Assembly: GCF_006345805.1 (NCBI RefSeq)
Contig: NC_042999.1
Location: forward strand, 106,826,001 to 106,890,000
Reading direction: 5' to 3'
Length of the DNA stretch: 64,000 nt
DNA from: Octopus sinensis
Lineage: Eukaryota
Shown here: positions 25,147 through 36,150 of the stretch, in pieces
Layout of the letters: the number at the start of each line of letters is the position of its first letter
Position numbering within the stretch: the stretch's first letter is position 1
Position numbers and translations under genes: made by a program
The notes under the pieces: generated by a model
What the model saw: only the letters and a program-made list of their open reading frames with translations
Told to the model about the DNA's origin: nothing
Databases searched by the model: none

Positions 25147-26660
25147 TTACTTACTTGTGTCGAAAGTTTTGGCTTCCTCGTTCTTTGATGTGTCTTCGAG
25201 GAGGTTTCTATATAGTTTTTGGGACAGATATTTCTGGAAACCCCCTACAGCATTTGGGAAGAGGGCTTTGAGTTTGTGGTGTTGTGTTTGTGTGATGTGT
25301 AGTATTTTGATGTGTTTGGGTGGTGTAGTGCGTGGATGATTGCTATTTTTAAAGTCATCTTCACAAATGTTTGTGTATCCTGTGATGTACTCCATTAGTT
25401 TGGAGTCTTTTGTGTCTATCGCTGATAGCATTGTTTTTGTGGTGTTGGTGCTTGTTTTGTTGTGTATGGAGTTTTCAGGGTTCAGGTATCTCCCTGCTTT
25501 GGTTGCGATTTCTTGTTTGGTTTTTCTTGATCTTTTTCTTTTACCCCCTGTGGCTATTTGCCATTCTGTGGAACTTTCATCGTTAGATGAAAAGTCTGAC
25601 GAATCAGCAGGGGGCAAGGGTAAAGCGTCTGGGTGTGTTTGTGCGGTTGTAGATATTGTTGTGGTGCGCGGGGAGGGTGTTGCTGGGGGGTTTGTTGTGG
25701 TTATTGTCTCTCCTACATCCTTGGTGCTTGTCTTCTTCGTTGTTATTCTTGGTGTTGGAATTGGTTTATTTGTTGTTGGTGGTGATGATTCTGTTCTTGG
25801 CGCTGGTGTTGGTGTTGTTTGGTTGGGTTGGCTTGTTCTTTGTTGTTTTTCCTGCATTTCCGCATACAGCTTCTTGACTAGCTGTCCATATTGTGGTGTG
25901 GGCAATAATCCTGGCTTTTGTGATTTTTCCTGTGGCTGTTGTTGTTGTTGTAATTTTGCGGCAGATTTGCACTCCTTTTTGAGGTGTGCCTCACTGCCAC
26001 ATGTATAGCATCGTGGCCTTCTGCCCTCGACTACTACGTATAACTTGCGGCCATCCTCAAGATGTACGTGGGTGGGGATTTTATTTATGTCCTCTTGACT
26101 TATGTGGAAGAGGAACTCTATTCTCTTTCCCAGCCAGTCCTTGTTTTCCGAAACACCGATATCTAGGATGTTTATGTCCTCCATTTCGGATGTTAAGGCG
26201 GATGTAATCCACAGTGTTGTAGTCACTTGGGGGACACCACTGATAATGACTTTCGTCACCTTCTGGCCGAGGTAACTCGGTGTCAACGTTAGTTCATCAG
26301 AATGAAGGGTTATCGTTGAGAATTTCTTCGCCAACTCTTCATTCTGAAAAACCACCTGTACGTGTGCGAACTTGTTCGCCCAAGTCACACAATCCTTGTA
26401 TCCCCAGATGGGGCGTAAGCACTTTTCGACTTTGTCTGTGCTTGCCTTTTCTGGACTTTTTGTTTTTTTATTTGTGATTTTATATACAATTGTCTTTTTT
26501 TTCTCCTCATTCAGTATGTGCTGAGGTATGTGTAAGAGTATTTTTCCGTTTTGATTTGTAATAAGGTTTCTGCAATCTTTAATCTGTTGTGTGTAAACGA
26601 AACTTTTGTTACCTTTTCTTTTATCGCCTCGGCGAAGTTTGTTGTTGTTTTGTTATTGTT
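25147..26660 (-). CDS. Tx1 ORF1, C-terminal part (RRM-like region, CCHC zinc knuckle, Thr/Pro-rich tail)
   Basis: EGRRPRCYTCGSEAHLKKEC. Hand translation shows this frame is open upstream of the annotated 26388 start, to ~26660 (…LNEEKKKTIVYKITNK…CLRPIWGYKDCVTWANKF). Confidence 0.85.
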
Positions 26661-27248
26661 GTTACTGCCGGTGGTGTTGGTGTTGATGGCAGGGGTGTGG
26701 GTTGTAGGTTTGTGGTTGCTGATTATGCAACTAGCAAGGGGTGGAAAATTGCCTGCGTAATTTAGTCCTGCATTAGCGCAAATTTCGGCATTTCGTTTGC
26801 TTGTCGTCGTTATTTTTTCACTTGTTGGTGATGGAGTGAGCAGTGGTTGAAGGGAATTGTTGTCGTCGTCGTTGTTGTTGTTGTTGTTGTTGTTATTGTC
26901 GTTCTTGGTGACGGCGGTGGTGTTAGTAGTATTAGTAGCATTGACGGCACGGTCTTTGGTGGCGGTGATGTTGGTATTGTTATTGGTGGCGACGTCTTTA
27001 GTAGGGATAGCAGTTTTAGTAGCAGATTCTGCCATGGTGTTGTTGTCGGTGTTGGTGGTGGTGGTGGTGGACTTACTGATGGTGTTGACGGTGCTTGGCC
27101 TTGCGACCTTTGTTTTGTATTTGTTGCTGTTGTCGATGTTGATGGTGGCGGAGTTGTCAGGTTCAGCGTAAGGTAACAGAGCATCCTGTTTTTCTGCCTC
27201 TGCGTCACGCTTGACTTGTACCTCAGCCTCGTGGTGACCAGTGGCCAT
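26511..27248 (-). CDS. Tx1 ORF1, N-terminal low-complexity part (Thr/Asn-rich), overlapping the C-terminal part in another frame
   Basis: ATG at 27248 (MATGHHEAE…). TNFAEAIK resembles the SYA/SFAxAV motif of LINE ORF1s. About 150 nt of overlap with the downstream frame. Confidence 0.7.
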   Translation of the reverse strand: MATGHHEAEVQVKRDAEAEKQDALLPYAEPDNSATINIDNSNKYKTKVARPSTVNTISKSTTTTTNTDNNTMAESATKTAIPTKDVATNNNTNITATKDRAVNATNTTNTTAVTKNDNNNNNNNNNDDDNNSLQPLLTPSPTSEKITTTSKRNAEICANAGLNYAGNFPPLASCIISNHKPTTHTPAINTNTTGSNNNNKTTTNFAEAIKEKVTKVSFTHNRLKIAETLLQIKTEKYSYTYLSTY

Positions 27249-27469
27249 TTTGGAAATAAAATGGCTAAATGAAACCACGAAGGCTATGAGAATTTTTTCT
27301 TTTAAATTTTGCCCACAAGGGGCAAAATTTTGTGTAGATATTAATCAAGGTTTGCAGTGGATGTTGTTGCACAACTTTTAAACACAAAATATTTCACAAT
27401 AAACAATTTTCAACGTACAAAATGACCAACTTACGTGGAGCCCATTTGACTAGCGTCCGTCCATGTCGA

Positions 27470-27770
27470 TAGTACAAACAGATAAATAGATAGATAGATA
27501 GGTAGGTAGTAGGTAGGGAGGGAGGGAGGGCGGGACGTAAGTAGACAGACAAACAGAAAGAGACAGAAAGACAGACAGACAGGTAAGTTGATAGATAGGT
27601 AGGTAGGTAGGTAAGTAGGTAGGTCGGTAGGTAGATAAATAGATAGATAGATGGATTGATAGATAGATAGATAAATAAATAGACAGACAAGCAAACAGAG
27701 ACAGACAGACAGACAGACATAGATAGATGAAGAAATACATATATTAATAGACACACAGGTAGATAGATAT
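27470..27770. repeat. (GATA)n/(GACA)n/(GGTA)n compound microsatellite
   Basis: Read directly from the sequence. Confidence 0.95.
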
Positions 27771-28343
27771 GATCATACATATAGCAGTATTTACCAGAGG
27801 TTCCCAACATTTTCAATGCCAAAGTTCCACTTTATTGAAATGAATCTTCCCATAGACTCCTACTTTTGAAAAGTCTGTCTACTTCAATAAGCCAGTTTTA
27901 TTACTTAAAAACGAACTAGTTTTTCCAGTTCCATCACCCAGTTGAAAGACACATGTAACTAATAGTAATATGCAGCTAAGGATGTATATATATCATGCTT
28001 CCGTTTTTTGATTTTCTAACACTAGTCATACACATGAAAACTTTTATGAACCATGAGGAGTTTGCAAACCCCAAGATAAGAGCTGCTTTTATATAGACGT
28101 TTCAACTATATTACTAAAAGAAAATAGCTCAGAGTGTGTTCTGCATACAAATACAATTGCAATACGGTTTCACATTATACAATATTGCGAGTCATGACAC
28201 TTCAATCACCTGATATTATCCATGCATTTAATAAAGAAAACTCACTTTAGGAATGTTTGAAGTTTAAAATGCAAGATTTCAGAATTAAGAATATATGTAT
28301 GTATATAAATACATACATACATATATATATACACACACACACA

Positions 28344-28437
<94 letters not shown>

Positions 28438-28469
28438 AACATACATATATATAGATAGATATATATAAT

Positions 28470-28553
28470 AATAATATGGGGGAACATTATTCCAAACTTA
28501 CAGGGAAAATTCAATTTAGAAATACTAAATCAAATTTCACAAAACATAATATA

Positions 28554-28601
<48 letters not shown>

Positions 28602-28996
28602 ATATATACACATTAGAAAAAAGCCATCTTTTATCAATTCAATAATGAAAAAATTAAATTATACCATTTAGAAAAATTACATATTATAGAAAGATCAAAT
28701 ATAAGAAAAAATATATACCAATGATTAAGTAAAGTGCAAAATAATAAATAAAACGTATCATTAATGCTAGATATATTACTACTATTATAGTAGGCTTTCC
28801 ATTCAATCCTAGTAATAAAATCTTTAATATTATGAATAAGTTTTAAAATATATTCCTTTCTAGATGGTATAGGAATATCCTTCAAAGAAGAATTCAAAAA
28901 AAGTGGTTCTATTTTACCTGTAAATTTAATAATCAGTGAAAATGAGAATACACTCAGAAACGTTAGTTATAAATATAATACAACAACAACAACAAC

Positions 28997-29040
<44 letters not shown>

Positions 29041-29047
29041 TAATATG

Positions 29048-29078
<31 letters not shown>

Positions 29079-29330
29079 TGATGATGATGATAATGATGAT
29101 GTGATGGAATATTATTCCAAACTTACAGGGAAAAGTTCAATTTAGAAATACTTACTATAATAGTAGTAACATATCTAACATTAATGATACGTTTTATTTA
29201 TTAGTTTGCACTTTACTTAATCATTGGTATATGTTTTATTTTATATTAAATCTTTCAAAAAGATGTAATTTTTCTAAATGGTATAATTTAATTTTTTCAT
29301 TATTGAATTGATAAAAGGTGTTTTTTTTGT

Positions 29331-29340
<10 letters not shown>
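28470..29340 (-). mobile_element. PLE-derived relic: ORF N-terminus plus an inverted duplicate
   Basis: 28634-28897 reads SLKDIPIPSRKEYILKLIHNIKDFITRIEWKAYY, resembling PLE N-termini (SxKNIPxP...RMRWKA). ~29155-29330 is an inverted copy of ~28620-28795. Confidence 0.65.
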
Positions 29341-29371
<31 letters not shown>

Positions 29372-29419
29372 TATATATGCATCAGCATGACCGCAGCTCT
29401 TAGCTGAAGACAGTGCTAT

Positions 29420-30036
29420 CTGAGGACATGGTCCGAGAGTGATAAAAATCAAACATCCAGTCAACATCATAGTATTTGGAGTGATAACTAGTGATGGTGA
29501 CGTTATGTCTCCATCTTTTTACATGGCCTCACACTCAACACAGGGGCCTATATGAAGTGCCTGGAGGAGGTAGTGCTGCCCTGAGTCAAGAGGGTGGCTG
29601 CAGGAAGAGCCTATGTCTGGCAACAGGACTCCTCTGCACCATGCCACACAGGGCAGTCAGACAATTTCTGCAACCACATCAACCCTAAAATCTGGCAGCC
29701 TAACTCCCCACACTGCAACCCCCTTGATTATTATGTGTGGGATGCAGTTGAGTGAGATAGCAACAAAACTCCTTGTAACACCAAAACTGAATTGAAGGCA
29801 AGGATTATGGCAGCATTCACCAACTTAAACAAGGAGATTGTCCAGATGAGCTGCAGGAGGTTCCAAAGTCATTTAGAGGCCGTGGTTGAAGCTAATGACG
29901 ATTTTATTGAATAAATTTTTTCTTTAGTATTTCAAAATGTTTTTCTCTAATTTTAGTAAATATATCTGTTAAAATGAAATGTCAGTGTTATTTTTATTTT
30001 TGCATAATTTAGACGATATATTCACTGCACCCTGTA
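29420..30036 (+). mobile_element. Tc1/mariner (maT/DD37D-like) 3' relic
   Basis: KHPVNIIVFGVITSDG...YVWQQDS...IWQPNSPHCNPLDYYVWDAVE...FQSHLEAVVEAN; right TIR GCACCCTGTA. Confidence 0.85.
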
Positions 30037-30279
30037 TTTATAAATATATAACGACCTTGAACTCACAAGAGTAAACAAGAGAGACAGAGACAGGCAGAAA
30101 CAAGGAAAATGCCACTTGTATTTGAACACTATACAAATATTCTTTTAAAAAAACTTTTTTAATTTTTCTAAATTTAATTATTTTCCATACTTAAAGTTGA
30201 AAAAGGCTCAATGACTGAAACCGGTACTGAAATGTTTTTATAAAATTATTTTAGCATTTTCTATTTTGACTTTTTTTCC

Positions 30280-30310
<31 letters not shown>

Positions 30311-30449
30311 CATTTCCATTTGTTTCTCTCATTGTTCACATATCAAAGTTTGTCTCCGTATTTCATGTTGTTTACATTATGTGACGTCCTGTACCCATAT
30401 ATGCATATGTATATATACATCTATATGTATGTACATATATGTATATATG

Positions 30450-30491
<42 letters not shown>

Positions 30492-30626
30492 GAGGGCATT
30501 ATACATACATGCCAGGAGGCACTGTATATACATGCCAAACGCTAAGAGGGACAATCAGTCATTTCTACCAAAAATATTACTAATCCCACCGAATGCAATT
30601 TTTCAAAGTAAGACATTTAAAAATAT

Positions 30627-30674
30627 AGGCCTGTATCACAGTGATTTCATACTTACGTAATCATCAGCAGGCCT
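30627..30674 (-). ncRNA. Type I hammerhead ribozyme, copy 1
   Basis: Minus strand: AGGCCTG-CTGATGA-TTACGTAAGTAT-GAAA-TCACTGTGA-TA^CAGGCCT. 7-bp helix I, intact CUGAUGA/GAAA core, GUAA-capped helix II, helix III AUCA/UGAU. Confidence 0.8.
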
Positions 30675-31106
30675 GAATGTATTATAAATAAACAACGACC
30701 CTGCCTTGCTTAAGCCGATCAGCTAACTGATCAACATCAACGAAGCACATGGGTGAGTTTATATATATTACATCCGGGTAAATGGTAAACTTTTACGAAT
30801 TGCATTTCGGGAGAGGAAAAGTTTTTTCGGAATAAAAATTTAGCAATTAAGGACAACTACTTAATAAGGAAACTTAACAAGAAATTGTCAGGTAGATAGC
30901 GTAAAAACCTCATAAGAGAAAAAAAATTTCGAAAAAAATTATTTCTTATTGAACATATTAATTTATATATAGAGGGCATTATACATACATGCCAGGAGGC
31001 ATTGTATATACATGCCAAACGCTAAGAGGGACAATCAGTCATTTCTACCAAAAATATTACTAATCCCACCGAATGCAATTTTTCAAAGTAAGACATTTAA
31101 AAATAT

Positions 31107-31154
31107 AGGCCTGTATCACAGTGATTTCATACTTACGTAATCATCAGCAGGCCT
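31107..31154 (-). ncRNA. Type I hammerhead ribozyme, copy 2
   Basis: Identical to copy 1, offset +480. Confidence 0.8.
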
Positions 31155-31364
31155 GAATGTATTATAAATAAACAACGACCCTGCCTCGCTTAAGCCGATC
31201 AGCTAACTGATCAACATCAACGAAGCACATGGGTGAGTTTATATATATTACATCCGGGTAAATGGTAAACTTTTACGAATTGCATTTCGGGAGAGGAAAA
31301 AAATTTTTCCTCTACCTGACAATTTCTTGTTAAGTTTTCCTTATTAAGTAGTTGTCCTTAATTG

Positions 31365-31411
<47 letters not shown>

Positions 31412-31679
31412 TGTACATACATATACATGTGTATATATATATATACATACATACACACCATACACACACACACATATATATATACATATATATGTAAGCA
31501 TATGTATACACACACCACTTTATCTCATTGAAACCATGCAAAACCAATATGCTGATGAAAGATATGTACCTGCAATCTGTCAGAACCTGCCAAACACTCT
31601 AGTATATATTCAAGCATGTAAAGCAGATGCAAAATGATGATAATACTACTACTACTAATAATAATAATAATAATAATAA

Positions 31680-32150
31680 TAGCAAATATTCTGCTCAATA
31701 ACACAAATTTGCTTGTCAGTTGTTTGACCATAACCGGTTGAGCATGTCGCTTAGTGGCTGACGGTATGTGCATATCTGATCACAAGCAGAAATAGTGGGG
31801 GAGCATCATAACCGTGTGTTGAAAGGAATTCTTAGATAGAGGTTTGGATAATTCACCTTTGGAAACATGGGTGTTTTGTTCAACATCCTGAAACAATCCT
31901 TATTCAGGGACCTTTTGAGTGGGATGGGCTACTCAACCAGAAGAAAATTCTAACTGGGCCCCACCTACAAGGACATACTCTGTTTATCTTGATATGAGAT
32001 CATCATGTTGCGCACATATGGTTTTGATGCATGTGCCTGGTGTACCCTTATCAGACGGGTAGTAATGATGGGTATACAGGGCTTCGTATATTTTACCCCA
32101 GTGTCACTTTGATGGCATGCACTGCTCTCTCACTCAATGATAATAATAAT
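31680..32150 (+). mobile_element. Probable non-LTR retroelement 3' UTR fragment in an (AAT)n tract
   Basis: Complex, GC-richer block between (AAT)n-type tracts, ending GCACTGCTCTCTCACTC followed by AAT-type repeats; family not assignable. Confidence 0.5.
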
Positions 32151-32639
32151 AATAATAGTAATAATGATGATGATAATGATGATGATGATGACGACGACGA
32201 CGATGATGATGTATATTAGACAGAGAGACTCTGGGAGATTTGTAAATATATAGTGTATGCATGTGTAGGAAATAGAAAATAAATGCAGAGAGGGCCAGCC
32301 AACAAGAAAGAGAGAGAGAAAGTGATATATTGCTATGGCTCTTAGCTAAACATTGATAATGACAGATTATTCAAGACATTTCTATGAATTGTGAAGATGT
32401 TATTTTCAAAGATGAGGTCTCTCCTATGAATATATATTGCAATGGATGTTTACACAATAACAACTTCGCTGTCACTTTCTGTAATCTATCTCACAAATGT
32501 TTCAGGAAGAATTATAATTGGAATGTGTCTGTGGCTATTGCTAAATTTACTGTGCTTTATTTTAACTTTGTTTTCTTATAAATTATTGTATGAGATTTCT
32601 CTATATTCAAGTTAATTTTTTTTTTTTTTTGTGGTCATC

Positions 32640-33230
32640 ATGACACCAACTGCAGTGAGTGGTGAAGGTGGGGATAGCCATAACGACAATGAAGACAAAA
32701 ATGATGATGATCATCATCATGGCAAAGAAAAAGAAGGAAGAGATGGAGCAGGAGATAGAGAATGTGGACAAGGAGGAGGAGAAGGAAACGGAAAGTATCG
32801 GTGATGATGAGGATGATGATGATGATTAGGTGGAGGAGGAGGAGGAGGAAGATAATGATGATAAGTCTCATGATGATGCTTATGGCTTTGATAGTAATGG
32901 GGGTAATAGTGACTGTGATACCGAAGATGATAAGGGGAATGATGATGACAACGACATGGTAGTGATGGTGATGGTGGTGATTATGGTGGTGAGGGTGATG
33001 CTGGTATGGGTTGGGTTAGTGCTCGTACTGGTGATGATGATGAGGATGGTGAGAAATTGGAGGAGGTGGTAGAGGTGGAGGAGAAGTTGAAGCAGGAGAT
33101 AGAGAAGAGGAAGTGGAGGAGGCAGAAAAGAGGAGGAAGAGGAGGAAGAGGAGGCAGAAAAGGAGAAAGAGATAGAGAAGAGTAGGAGGATGGGGAGGAG
33201 GAGAAGGAAGAAATGGATAGGATGTTATTG
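32640..33230. repeat. Degenerate (GAT)n/(GAG)n/(GGT)n purine-rich low-complexity tract
   Basis: Read directly from the sequence. Confidence 0.85.
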
Positions 33231-33494
33231 ATAATGCACCTGGTGACAATTGGAGATCAAAATCAATAGAAATGTAATAGACATGAAATTTTTATCAATA
33301 AAGCTACAATTACTCGTATTAGAAAGTTATATCTTAAGAAAAGTTACATCTTTAGACAATTTTTACTCTAAATGTGTAAAAAGACAGAGATGTTTCTTAT
33401 GTATTTCTTTCAATCATACTGTTCTCAAATCCAGTGTAGTTTTCCAGCAAGGTGAGCACATTAATCCTTCCAGAAGATAGGTCAGAAACTTAGA

Positions 33495-33655
33495 GGTGCA
33501 GGAGTGGCTGTGTGGTAAGTAGCTTGCTTACCATCCACATGGTTCCAGATTCAGTCCCACTGCGTGGCCCCTTGGGCAAGTGTCTTCTACTATAGCCCTA
33601 GGCTGACCAAAGCCTTCTGAGTGGATTTGGTAGATGGAAACTGAAAGAAGCCTGT

Positions 33656-33695
<40 letters not shown>

Positions 33696-33756
33696 TGGTG
33701 GTGGTGGGTGACAAACAAAGACAGACACACATGCACACACACACACATATATATGC

Positions 33757-33796
<40 letters not shown>

Positions 33797-34050
33797 TGTG
33801 TGTGTGTGTGTGTGCATGCATATGTGTGTGTGTCTGTATATGTTTGTGTGTCTGTCTTTGTTTGTCCACTCACCATCACTTGACAACTGATGCTGGAGTG
33901 TTTGCGTTCCCGTAACTTAGTGGTTCGGCAAAAGAGACCGATAGAATAAGTACAAAGAATAAGCCCTGGAGTCGATTTATTCGACTGAAGACGGTGCTCC
34001 AGCATGGCTGCAGTCAGATGACTGAAACAAGTAACAGAATAAAAGAATAA
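33495..34050 (+). mobile_element. Full-length composite SINE: tRNA head, CORE-like body, internal (TA)n(TG)n, CR1/L2-type tail
   Basis: GTGGCTGTGTGGTAAGTAGCTTG...GGTTCCAGATTCAGTCCC...CCTTGGGCAAGTGTCTTCTAC...microsatellite...GGTGCTCCAGCATGGCTGCAGTC...GACTGAAACAAG. Confidence 0.9.
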
Positions 34051-34054
34051 ACTG

Positions 34055-34260
34055 AAGAAAGCCATTAAGGAGACAGAGACAGCAGCTGAAACTAGCTCAG
34101 GTTGGCTATGGTTGATAAGAGACTGCGAATGGACCCCTTCCTTAGGTGAAGACAAGTTCAGTCCTCACTGCCCCACTCAGGTAAAGCATACAGGCTGATG
34201 AGTAAATTGCTTGAGATGCCTCCCTGTTAATAGTGCAAAATGATTTCCAGCATTGCAATG
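34055..34260 (+). mobile_element. RTEX-like LINE 3' fragment
   Basis: Hand translation KKAIKETETAAETSSGWLWLIRDCEW resembles the RTEX ORF C-terminal motif (AIKxxxEAAExASxWLWxKR). Confidence 0.6.
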
Positions 34261-34894
34261 GATTTAGAAAAGCTTGCAAAACCTTTGAGTAGCTGCTGCA
34301 GTTTCTACATGCGACAAAGCATCTCTGATGTTTATTCCAACTATATATGTGTGTGTGTGTGTGTGTGCTGTGTGGTAGGTAGCTTGCTTCTTAATCACAT
34401 GGTTCCAGGTTCAGTCCCACTGCATGCCAACCAAAGCCTTGAGAGTGGATTTATAATTTACCCTCTAATATAGGATATTATGTTATATAGTATAATGTGT
34501 TACATTACATATATTATATGTTATATATTGTGTTATGTGATGTATTATATCTAATATTATGCTATGGTAACTCCTACCTAGTTAGTCTGGTTTCATCCTC
34601 TTTGGTGATTACACTATTCTTTCCTTCTATGAATTGCTACCCTATCAGTCATATTAAGTATATTTGTAATGATTTTGAGATAGCAAGTCCTCCTTGACTA
34701 AATCCTATACCCACTAAGGACTATACAATCATACATGCAATTGCACCTGTAATATTATAATTTATAAAACCACTTCGGTATGAATACCTTAATCTGTCCT
34801 CATTACTTCCATACTTATTACCCTTTTTAGTTTACCTTTATCTTATTAACACCTTTATATTATTATTATTACTATAATTATTATTATTATAATA

Positions 34895-35082
34895 ATCATC
34901 ATCATCATCATCATCGTTTAGCGTCCGCCTTCCATGCTGGCATGGGTTGGACGGTGCAACTGGGGTCTGGGAAGCCAGAAAGCTGCACCAGGCCCAGTCT
35001 GATCTGGCAATGTTTCTACAGCTGGATGCCCTTCCTAACGCTAACCACTCCATGAGTGTAACGGGTGCTTTTTATGTGCCAG
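34895..35082 (-). mobile_element. RTE-type 3' tail
   Basis: (CAT)n-CGTTTAGCGTCCGCCTTCCATGCTGGCATGGGTTGGACGG...GGATGCCCTTCCTAACGC; well conserved. Confidence 0.85.
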
Positions 35083-35088
35083 ACGAGG

Positions 35089-35180
35089 CATTTTTCCCAC
35101 ACATTTTAATTTGTATTATAAGCAATGAACACCTTTATATTATTATTATTACTATAATTATTATTATTATTATTGTTGTT

Positions 35181-35212
<32 letters not shown>

Positions 35213-35223
35213 TATTATTATTA

Positions 35224-35271
<48 letters not shown>

Positions 35272-35363
35272 AACAACAATAATAATAATAATAATTATAG
35301 TAATAATAATAATATAAAGGTGTTCATTGCTTATAATACAAATTAAAATGTGTGGGAAAAATG
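35089..35363. repeat. Fold-back (inverted duplication) centred on (AAT)n/(ATT)n
   Basis: CATTTTTCCCACACATTTTAATTTGTATTATAAGCAATGAACACCTTTATATT... is mirrored exactly, ending at 35363. Confidence 0.9.
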
Positions 35364-36019
35364 GCTGTGAAATTTCACAGTCATATTCCAGAATATTTGT
35401 CATGTTTTGTGACAGTTTTCAAGAATATCTTTATTATTTATTTCCTATCATAACTCATTTTGTTTTTATATCTATATATTGGCAAATTAATATAACAAAC
35501 CCCTTGATAATGCCTGTGATTGTATTCCAAAAGTGACTGACATAATCTGATTAGTTTCTGATTTTCACAAATATTCTATATTTGCTATTATGCATTAAAA
35601 AATGGTTCACAAGCAGCTTTGAAAAAACTATCATGCAATTGTTGTTGGCAGAATTGCATTTAAAAATGGATTCCCTTTTCTGCATTTAACCCTTTACCTT
35701 GAAGATTGCAGCAGAAAGTTTTCATTAAAAAGAATCATATTCAATTGAGATGAGTTATGCAACTTGCTTGCCCAGAGGGCATGATTTAAGTTATGGTTTT
35801 AATGTTTACACTCATGACCATACAGTCTGGCACTTTGTTAATCAAGCTTGTGACCAAAATACACAGCAGCACTTGTTGCTGTCTTCTGACTTGCCAGTTC
35901 CTGTTGAACCATCCAACTCATGCCAGCATGGCAAACAGATGTTAAATGTGGATTATTATAACAATAATGATGATCATGACAATAATGTACTTCACAATAT
36001 ATGCATATATATTGAATGT

Positions 36020-36150
36020 CTCTTTGAATGTCTCTTTGAAAATTAGGGAAAAAAACATCTGTGGAGAACTGATGAGAAATCCACAATTCTTACACCCAAG
36101 TTACAAGTTATTATTTGTTCCTGTTATCGTAGGTGCACTGAAACATACAA
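36020..36150 (+). mobile_element. Short R4/Dong-type RLE fragment
   Basis: VSLKIREKNICGELMRNPQFLHPSYKLLFVPVIVGAL aligns to KLKISEKENTYAKLLRNLYLHYTDYKFRLIHIFIGAL at ~13060-13165. Confidence 0.65.

Larger units (their letters stand above)
21236..27290 (-). mobile_element. Near-full-length L1/Tx1-clade LINE (~6 kb)
   Basis: ORF1 with a CCHC knuckle; ORF2 with APE, RT and a C-terminal Cys/His domain. Pyrimidine-rich 3' UTR ending AATAAAGAAA. ORF2 is visibly GC- and CpG-rich versus the flanks. Confidence 0.95.
30481..31367 (-). mobile_element. Non-coding tandem element with two hammerheads (non-autonomous PLE or retrozyme-like), in (TA)n
   Basis: 30481-30820 matches 30961-31300 (2 mismatches, period 480). 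31311-31367 is an inverted copy of 30841-30896. (TA)n on both flanks. Confidence 0.85.

Noticed and set aside
21843-27208. Numerous overlapping and antisense ORFs inside the Tx1 element
   Set aside because: Shadow ORFs of GC-rich or low-complexity coding sequence; no motifs.
27240-27330. HDV-like ribozyme or target-site duplication at the Tx1 5' end
   Set aside because: No nested double pseudoknot and no clear TSD could be identified by eye.
32638-33249. Acidic, His-rich and Met-rich ORFs (EEEEEEDNDD...)
   Set aside because: Degenerate trinucleotide tract open in several frames on both strands, with no domain and no convincing splice context.
33598-34155. 185-aa minus-strand ORF
   Set aside because: It runs antisense through a SINE, its microsatellite and an RTEX fragment.
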